From Trichinella spiralis (Eukaryota), in the NCBI RefSeq assembly GCF_000181795.1, contig NW_003526948.1, forward strand, positions 816,691 to 880,690: a stretch of DNA of 64,000 bases, in the 5' to 3' direction. The notes under the pieces were generated by a model, which was given only the letters and a program-made list of their open reading frames with translations, had not been told where the DNA came from and did not search any database. Below are positions 38,003 to 48,700 of the stretch, in pieces; position 1 is the first letter of the stretch; the number at the start of each line of letters is the position of its first letter. Both the position numbers and the translations under genes were made by a program.

Positions 38003-41000
38003 ATTCATGAACTGCAGCAGTTCGATTGTATTTTGTTTCTGTTATTATGTTTTTTTTAATTTTAATAATTTTATGCTAAAAATAAATAATATGATATTTA
38101 TTTAGCAAAATGTCATTTTTTTAATAATTTATGTTCGTTGACAAATAATTCGTTGCATTATATTCACTACAGCAAAAATTAGTAACTTTTTCATAGTTGG
38201 AAATGAGATGAAATTTGAGTTGCTCGTGTTCGTGTTGTTTTATTAGCCCAAATTACAAGATTGTTGTATAAACACTTAAAAATTATAAAAACTTTTGAAC
38301 ACAGTGTAAAAAAGTGGTTTCTATGATGTTGATATTAATCTTACTCATTGATTAATTGATGAATGATTCTTTTTTCATTTAGATTGCGTATATTTGGACA
38401 GCCAACGTCCTGATCAACCGTATTATATTGCAAGTATTCAAGCTTTTAAAATGGTATGTTATTTTGCATACATTTGTTAGTGTAAATGGACTTTACTTTG
38501 TTGTGGATTTGCCAGCATTGCGTCATCTAGATAATTAGATGTGGAAACAAAGAAATATGTCACTTGTAATATTATGGTGATTATTGAATAAGAAATTTAA
38601 TCTTTTTATTGAAATTTTCGAGGCTGAAGAAAGGAATTCTGAGGAGTGTAAAAGAAAGGAGTCGTGTGACATTGAAGTGAACTGACTGTAGATGACCTTT
38701 GCAGGACAGTGACAGGACCTTTGCATTTAATGTCAGTTAGTACCTCAGCAGTTTGACTTCAAACATACTGTTTGTCAGGCAGAGTTTAAACAAAAATAAA
38801 TGCAATTCTAGTTGCGTAGAAGAGCGTGTCACTGGAGATTTTTGCTTTCTATTGACATAACATGCCAATCCTTATTTGCTACTTTTTGTGTGAAGCATCC
38901 GCTGCAGTAATCGGCTCGTTCTCAGATGGCACAGCTTGAATTAGTTGGTCGACTGCACTTGAAACAATGCAATGAGATGGAAAAGCGACTAGTGCTGTTG
39001 ACCCAGTTGTGTTGCCGACCGGCAGATTGTCAGGCCGGCAGCACAACTGGCTACAATTAGAAAGCCTGCCGAGGGTTAGTTTGTTGTTAGACCCGCTCAT
39101 TCATTATAGTGCCCCTTGGTCCATACTGTCGCCAAGTGACACTAGATAACTTTGGCCAGCCGCCTAAAATCCCGCTTATATTATCATTCCAACAGGTGGC
39201 GTTTAATCACCAAATCGGCTCACAAAAGTGCGCACAAAAGGCAATAAATTTTCAATAAAAGCAGCTGAGATGGTCATTGTCTTTGCTGCGGTCGTTGACT
39301 AGTCGAACAACAGTTAGCCAAACAAACGAAAGCATTTCAATTTTCAGCAAACGTTGCTATTATTATTTGTTTAAGTGTTTCGACGTGAAATGTGTAACAT
39401 TCACAGATTCATAGATCGGAATCATCAGCATAGGAGTTCAGTTTCAAGAATACGAAGTAACAAATGCCGGCCACGTTTGACATTTTTTCTTTTGACAATA
39501 AATAATACAGCCTTTGCAAACTTTACTGTACGCATACAATGAATGAGGATGAATGAATAGCTTTTTGTTTTGCTCATAGACGCGCAGTGCAGGACATAGT
39601 TATCAAATAGCATCCAGCCAACCAACAGCAACCTGTTTTGGTTGCTTTTTTTCTATTTTTTGATTCCGTCTGCTTTTATTAACAATAAATAAATAAATAA
39701 AATTTGTAAGGGGAGTGTAAAAAGCTGGTCTCATGGTAGCGCTTTTTAATTCAATTACTGCTGGTCGGCGTTCTTCCGTCTCACAACTGCTGTGCTGTTC
39801 ACATATTGATCAGTATAGTTACGTTAGCTTGACAGAAATTACTTAATTGATGCAATGATGCGAAATGAAGTTTGAATTTAATTTTTTACCAATTGCTGCT
39901 TTCATTTTATATCAGATTGTCATTGTTGAACTATTTGCTGGAATAATTTTTGAATGATAATGAATGAGTCGCCCTGGTTGGGGATGTATGTTGTGTTTTG
40001 TACATTTGCAGCTGCTTTTTACAACGCAGTTGTTCTGCAAAACGGCTCTTGCCGGTGTCAGCTGTTTAGCGGAAGTTGTGGCTTTTCGAAATATATAGTT
40101 GGTTGACACGGTGGAGTTCAGTTAATCACTGGATCACTGCTAGTGTAACACATCAGACGTGCGTGATTGATGCACGTCTGTGCTTTCTGCTTTTCTGCCA
40201 GCAGTGTTGGTAACGACGAGATAAAGAGGAAGCATTGCGTTGACACATCAATTCAGCTTTTGTTCAGTTTCTTTTAACTGGCGCCAGTCTGCGTTTTATT
40301 CTGTCAACATAGTCTGCACATTGACCTTTATTATTTTTTCATAAAATGCAGTTGCTAAAGCCATTCATTTCTTGTTCACTTTTGTGAAAGCTCATTTGCA
40401 TAAACATGTAACTTCTCTACCTCAGACAATGTTGGTTGCATTGTCCGTCAAATTTTTGAGTTGAAAGCAGCTTAATATGGTTTTTCTTTTGAAAAAAGTT
40501 ACAAGTTTTTTCTTTTTCATTACGAAGATTTATGTCATAAATGCCATTGACTCTGATACGTACTTATACTTGTACTTGAAAATTCATTTAATATGTTATT
40601 TAAAATAATGATTCAATCTTTTCTGTGTGGAGCTTCTGTAACGACATTATTCTTCTAATTTTTATAAATATTTATACTTTGCTAAGTGTTTCTGCTGTTA
40701 AAAATCAATATAGCTGCCAATAATAATTACATTCCCACAGCTTTAATGCATTTATGCTTCACAAAATGTATTGATATATATGTAGCTTTTCTTGGTCAGT
40801 TTTTTTGCAATTTCAGAAATTATTTGTATAAAATAAGTTGCATATAAGTGTTTATTTGAGTTATTTGTTTGTTGTTTCAATTTATTAAAAAATACGTTCA
40901 CTGATAAAAATGTTTATTTGTATATTCTTAAATTAGAATGTTGTGAGCAGCATTAAATAGTGTAAAAATTTTAATGCAACATTTAGTTATTCAAGTTTGA

Positions 41001-44000
41001 AGAGGGACTTTACATTGTGAGGAGGAAACATATTTTCTTTAAATATCTTTTGCGAGATGTACTTTTACAATGAAATGCAACAATGTTTCTACTAGCAGAT
41101 ACTTTGTTTGCAAAGACTGGTTTTTTTTGTATTCTCCACTATAAGCATTTGCGCTAATCTGTCTTTGTGACATGGCCGCAATAGCTGATAGCGATTGGTC
41201 TTTCATCGATTGAACGACCTTGGCACTAGTGTATTGTCTGGTGATTTGGCAGAATTGCACGCTTGGCTTCTCTTTTACTTTTTATTCATGTGAAATTTCA
41301 TTGAAAAAGGTTGCTGCTTACACATGCAATTTGTTTTCATGCGCGAAAAGTTGTTCAACATATAATAGATGACATTGAATGTTTTTTCAACTTTACAATT
41401 TATTTTTATCTTCAACAAATAATTTCTAAATTATTTTCTCCATCTTCCACTTCCCAATAATGTCCCTGTACCAGTGTGACTATTTTAACCATCATAATAT
41501 TCTTTTTCTTTCTTTTCATAATTTTTCGCTCATAATGATCACAAATTTTGATTTATGCAATTTCACATTTCCTTATTACGCAATTATTATACGCAATTAT
41601 GCAATTCCACAATTTCACAGTTTTCATCTGTTTATACAATTATAAATAATCTTGTGCTTTCAGCACTAACAGCAGTGCTTAAATGTCACTTTTATCACTG
41701 TTGATGAGTATTAATCATATCTGCTTTGGATAACGTCATAATGTAATTGCTGATTTTGAAAAACCATTTCATATATTGTGTAAATTCAACATGCACAGCT
41801 ATTTGGTGATTTCTTTGCGTGTGCTTTTTAAACATTGACCTAAGGATTCGTTCTTTCTGAAGTCCTGTAAGCGTACCGTTTGTCGTGTTCGTGGTACCGT
41901 AGAGGCGACAGATGAAAAGACGAATGGGCTGATGTCGAAGTATCTTCAAGGCATATTCATACCCGCCTAATATGACCAATGACATTGATATTTTTACTGT
42001 TGGACTTTGTTTTTCATTGGAGCCGGAATGCTACCGTTGATTTAGCAACCAATGATTAAGTTCAAGTCAACCAGTTTTTCTAACAGGCTCTTACAATGCT
42101 GTTGATTCCAAATCGATCAGTGTGCTTTAATTGCGTTCTCAACGCTTCAGTTCACTTTCCGCAAGCGTATGGCAGTGTGATCATTAGAAAGAATTTAAGC
42201 TTTTCATTCTTTGGGTTTGCGTTTCATGTTTTATTTTATTTTATTTTTTGATTTTACATTCATTTGCAGCATTTTGACGCTTTTGATACAATTCAATGCA
42301 ATGTTTGTTTGTTTCTTTTGATATTTTTTGGCTGTGAACTTCATTGGTCAAAAAGTGAATTTTTCAATCAGGTTGTTGACTTGTTTTTTAAATGTCAGTA
42401 ATGTTTCATTAGGATGTGTCTTTGTTCTCCTTTGTTACATGTTGAGTTTGATTTGTCTGCTGTCGCCAGTTCTGCCAGTTCAGCATGATTGGCTATCTGA
42501 TAGCAATTCTATTATCGTTAATTGATGGATAATTGATACTTTGTGTATGGTTTAATTTGCTTCTTGGTTGGACGATTGATTGTCCAACAACAGTGAGAAA
42601 GAAGAAGAAAGAAAGAAAGAACGAGAGTGAGAGAGAGAAAGAGAGAGGGGCACTAGTCAAATAGTTGTCAGTTTGAAGTTTACTGTGCTGATTGACTGCT
42701 TGTTCAATGCACACATGATGAATGTCTGAGAGAGGAAAGAACGTTTACTTTTCTGTGTACAAAGCTAGCCACTTTTCATTACTCCAAGCGACTTAGTTGC
42801 GTTTCAGCTGCCTGATCGATGATGACGCACCTTGGACATCATCACTACCTGGTTTGCACACACAATTAACAGTTGAAGTTGAACAATTGCTCTCGACATT
42901 TATTTGTCACTCTCCGTTTTAGTTTAGCTATAATTTACAGTTGCCATAAATCACTGTTTTGTTTAAAGAGTTGACCATATATAAATAGAAAAGGGGGTTG
43001 AGGAAAAATTGATAAATGTTGCAGTTGAAGGAAACTGCGGGAGTGTTGTTGAGCTGTGCTTACTGTGCGTGGCCACTGTTTTACGTGTAGCACAACTGTC
43101 GAATGTAGCGGTCGAGAAAAGGCAAGCGCATTTGATTGATGTGGCCAAGTTGTTCAGCTGGCTTGTGAAAATTAATGCCCACTTGAAAAACTAGCTTGAC
43201 GTCTTCAATCACTCGCTGATGTTGCTTGTGCTGCTGCTGCTGCTGTTGTTGCTGTTGCTGTTTCTATTACTATGTGCTGCTGTTATTTTTATTGTTGTTG
43301 CTGTTGTTGTTGTTGTTGTTGCTGTTCATGCTGATGCTGATGATAACGATGTTGATTATGATGATATTTATTTTATTTGCAGGCTTTTTTCATAATTCAG
43401 GAAGCTAGTCATTCTTTCTTTGTAAAGCTGCTTAGCAGCCACTTTCTGTTTTATAAATATTGATTGCGTTGTCCTTAACGCGCGTTGGCTATGCTGCGGC
43501 GTTTGGCGAATGGAATGAATGCTTGCTTATTTCATGTCTCTAATTAGCTTTCCGCTTTTTTAGACTAAGCGAGACCAGCTGAACGTGCTCGTCAAATGGT
43601 ACTATCGTCCCTGTGAGCTTCCTGAATTGGTATACGACTCATTACTTCAGGAGCGCCTTTCAGAAGAGCACTGTAAGTAGACTTTATATTTCTGTATTTC
43701 ACATTGTCTGTAATTATTTCACTGTTTGATGAGTTAGTTATGCATGTATATTGAGCTCTGTTTTAACATGTTAAATTAGTTTCTGCTCAGGTGGGGACAG
43801 TAAATGGCCGCGTAATTGGCTAGACTGTCTGCCACCATAAAGCGGCTGTGATTAATCGATTTTTTTTTGTTTCTGTTAAACACGCGTCTCTGTGTGCGCG
43901 CGCGTTATTATGTGTGGCTAAATAATAATGTAGAAGTTCATCCTGTTTGCGTGACACGATCAGCTATTCATTTCTTTTCATTGCCTAAGAAATCACTCTT

Positions 44001-45714
44001 TATTTCTAAAAATGCTCAATCAGTCACAAGTGGACGATTGCTTTTCAATTTTAATCATCTAAGCAACATCTTTCGATTCTCCAAGGAAACTGTCTCTCTG
44101 TTCATGAACAGATATTTGACGTTGCAAGTAGCAGCTGCGTGATTTTTTTTAGCTTAAGACGCATTATTGTTGACGGAAGCTTATTTCAGCGGCACTTTTC
44201 TGCATTAATTGTCGACAGCTGAACATCTGGAATAAAAAATGATGTTTCATAAATGATATAAAGTATGTAAAAAGGAATGTTTGGAATGCTTACGGCGTAA
44301 TTATGACTTGCCACGCAAAAAGCACGCATCGTCCATTGCATCTATTATGCACCGTTTGCGCTTTCTACACAAAAACGGATGTATTTTTGAACTGGATTGC
44401 CATGAGCATTTTGACGCGATTTGTGTTCCATTGGAAAATGCGCAGACAGTTTTGTGCTTTGCATCACTGCAGGTTTTCATGTGCAATCATAGTACATGAA
44501 AATTGCCATGCACTAATTAAACTTCGCTTGTATCATAGTTGTTCGTCAAATTCTCTCAGAGCGTATTAACGTACTCTGCGTCATGTATTACAAGCATAAG
44601 CTTTTTTCTTTTCAATCAAGTAGGTTGGTTGTTCAAGTAGATATAAAATACAACGCTTGAAATGTAATTTTGCAATTACTTTTTTCTAATACAGTGAAAT
44701 GAATTTTAAATTAGTCAGTTTCTGATTATTACAACAAATGTAGCATAGAACCTTTTCAAAAAGAATGTAAATTATTACTTTTTAGTTAGTTAATTTCGAC
44801 TTTTTGGATTTGTTGCATCATTATCAAAATTTTTACTAAACTGCTTAAAATATTTTTCCAGTTCCTAATGCTTCTCAATTAAGAAAATGCATGAAACATT
44901 TTTTATGATCATTCACAGCTTTTATTTAAATAATTGTTAATTTAACATAAAAAGTTTTAACCTTTTGCTTCCTGCACTGATTCGAATCGATTGTTGCTTT
45001 TCTAACTCATTTTTCACTCAATGTTGTTTGCATTAAACATGGATACGTCATTATGATCTGTTATCATAGGAAAAGTGTTTGCGCGCATATTATGAATTTT
45101 ACAAATAAATAAATAAATATATATATATATGTATGTATGTATGTTGCTTTTGAACATACAGCATTTTGCGTCTTTAGGGAATAGTCTTTAACTAATGAAA
45201 AAGAGGGAATGGTTTCTGAATGGTGTATATTATTATGTTGAACAACAGCAATGCATTAAGAAAAATTATTGGTGTGGTGTCATGGCTGCCAGCTATTTAC
45301 TTGTTTTTATTTTCAGTGAGACTTTTGGATGAAAATAATAATTGCAGGCTGTTAATGTAGTGAAATCTGTTGAACTAGTTTTAGTGAATAAATTTTATGC
45401 TAAAACAATTACTGTAAAGTGTTTTTGTATGGTTTATTGTTAGCTGTCATTTATACCAAAATAATTTCCACGTATTGTTGAAACAAAACTGGAATAAAAA
45501 TAATTGAAAAGCTGATTCAATTTAAATAAGGTAGTTTTATTTTTATTTTTTCTGTTGCTTTAAAATTTTTTGTATTTACATAATATGAATGGTAAATTCA
45601 TGTTATTTCTTACTACTGATTATTTAAGGTTGCGTCAGCTTAAAGAATACGAATGTATGTATCATTGTTTGATGATATGTAATTTTAATATTAAAAAATG
45701 ATTTCGCGTATATT

Positions 45715-45756
<42 letters not shown>

Positions 45757-48700
45757 CGTAAAATTGTTTTACAAGCAAACATTTTTTGCAATCTTTTGAC
45801 AAGCGTGGCGAATATTGTTTACTGACAAATTTGACATATTAATACCTGCTTATTATTAATACTTGCTTATTAAGAGTGAAGACGATAATGCTTTTAACGT
45901 AATAGTAAATTAATGCTTAAATTTGAAGAATGAAAAACTGAGGGCATGAATTTTGCTAGCAGTACTGTATTCCATAGTCACATCTAAATATTCAGTCAGT
46001 AGATGTAGCTTTCAAATATGAATATCTAACTACATCATATTGGAAAGGTTAACAACATTAATCCACCTCTGTGATTATTTTTTGTTCACATTATACACAG
46101 TATGTATTTACTTGTATTTGGGTGTGTGTGTGTGTGTGTGTGTGTGTATTTATATATGCAGTGATATTAGTTTGCACTGGTCTTTAATAGTGAAACATTG
46201 GCAATAGTTGTCGACGAGTTGTACTAATATGAAGAAGAATGCATGTATTGAAAGCATGCATGTAGGGATTGCAGTGCAAGCTGTTGCCTGGCCACTAATT
46301 CGAATCGCTGCTCGACTCATTGATTCTGCTTTATAATCACTTTCGGGAAAAGCACGTGTCATTGTTGTCTCGGCGGGGTCGTCCAAGTGTCGTCGGCATG
46401 CTGGCGCTGAATTACCACATGCAAAACTGATCAATGCAATGCAGTGATCAACGTTTTTTTAAATTATTATGCAGATGTTTTTATTGGTGTGCTTATTTAA
46501 TGTTAGTGATAATTTAGATCATTGTTGATTGAATAAAACGCCAACGGATATGTTGACGTTAATGTTTTTTTTTACTGTAGATATGCTTTTATTTAATTAT
46601 TTATTTGAATTTTTTCAGTGTTTCATCTGTATGCTTTTATAATATTTACCTTTTGATTAGAAATTAACAATCAGTAATTATTTAGCCAATGGTAATTTTG
46701 TAATGTTGTTTTCTCTTCTGCTTTAAAGAGATTTATTTTCTTTTTCTTTTTGCCATTATCAGTGACACTAAACTTACAGATATGTTTTATCAAAAATTAT
46801 TTGTTTAATCATATTTGGAGCAGTTTTTAGTTTTAGTTTTAGTTTCTTTTTGGTAATAAATTATATTGCCATATAATGTTGAGTATTATTGTTTCTGTAT
46901 TTATTTATATGATAAGTATGAAGCAAACAGTTCTGTTACAGTATACATATTATGTGAAACTACTGCTCTACTGTTTTTTGTACATGTAATTTAATTTGCA
47001 AGCAATTGATCTTTCTTTCAATCTTTCAATAAAAAGAAGGCTTGCTTCCTTTTCATGCACTTCCTGCAGCATCCGGATTAATCAATAAAACAGCGGCATT
47101 GCTTTTCTGTCGCATCTGACCGTTGATTGTATTGATTTTCTGTTGCTATAAACTGACCCTAAAAATCAGCAAATCAACTACAAATGAATTTCTTATAGGT
47201 TTGAAATTATGAATAGCTCTTTTTTATTCAAGGTAGATTTTATTGTGCAATTGTACACTGCTTAATAATTGCGGATAATTCTGTTTATTGCAGGCTTATT
47301 TTTTGTTTGCACAACGTTGTGCAGCGTTTCTGTTAGATTCAATTAAATTAGTGTCTGCTTGCCAAACTGGCTAAGTTTATATTGTAGTGTTTGCGCGTCG
47401 TGTGCGATCCGCCTATACGCCGATTAATTGTTATGCTTTCATTTTAGGCCTGGCTTTAGATGATGCTAACCCGGAAGGAGTAGTAAAAGAGAATCGAGAA
47501 ATATTTATTTCTGACGCTGTCGACACCTATTCTGTTGCTGCCCTCCGGTAAGCATAAGATTTTGCTATCAAACAAAAATAACGAATTATGATAAATTTCT
47601 TATTTTGTTCATCAGTTGAATGGGAATGTGAAAACTATGAGTGACCAAATAGGTGTAAAATATTTGTGCAAAGTTCGTTGATTATATGTATTATGTTAAA
47701 ACCAGCGGATAGGTTTTTAGATGAAGATAAAAGATGATAGTTAGATCGATGTCTGACGCTTTGATTGACTAGTCCCGCCTGATTCCATTATGATTGTGCA
47801 TGCTGGATGGTGCGGCTCTAGAGGACGCGCTTGAACGAATTAGGGAAATTGAATTGCTAGCTCGCGTTAAGCGCGTCTGAACTAAGCCGTGTGCGCGCAA
47901 ATTAAACGCCGCTTGTTGTTTCTTATGCCGTACTGCTTTTGTGCTTCACGCGCATCGATCTACTTACGGCTTACGGCTTACGGCAGTGTAAAGCTTACAC
48001 GTTGACAAAACGACCAACAAGCAGAGGTCGATTGCTTTCTTTGATATGGGTCGGAAGTTTCTTTTCATAACTTTGTTTAATTGTACAATACCCTCTTAAT
48101 TATATTAAAGAAATTTAAGTTTGTTTCATTTCATTTTATGGATAATCTTTTTTTACATTTCTCATTTCAATAATTGTATAACATTATCAGAATAATTGGA
48201 AAAGATCAATTTTTAAGCATGCATTAATCACTTAGTCAGAACTTTGCACTGTAATTTTTTCAATAAGAAAGCACTACTATTACATGGGATAAATTGCGTA
48301 GAAGGGGGCATTAATTTTTAAATCTTTGACTTTTTTGTACTTAATTTATTCAATAACTTCATTCAGCATTGCCAATAGTAAAGAAAAAGTTGTATAGAAC
48401 ATGTTAGATTTAGTCACTTTTTACTAAAGAAACTCAACAAACGCGTTTCTGTTCACTTATTTCTCATGCATCTTTCTTCTATTTCATGCGTTGATGGAAC
48501 TGGATTTAGTTGACAGCTTTCTGTGACTGATAATTAATTCAGCTTTTTTTTCATTTGAATGTAAGCTTTTTTTATTGCGTAAATAGTTTGGAGGTTTATG
48601 GAGAGCATGTATGCATTAAAAATTTTTTGAATGTTCTGAAAAAAAAAGAAAAAGCAAATCGAGTAAAAATTCTTCAATACTGAACTTCCTTCCTCATGAC

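Noticed and set aside
43226..43408. 60-aa poly-Cys/poly-Leu ORF (CAG/CAA-type repeats on the opposite strand) inside an atrophin-family gene
   Set aside because: It is an intronic trinucleotide microsatellite, not part of the spliced CDS, and is unrelated to the ATN1 polyQ tract.
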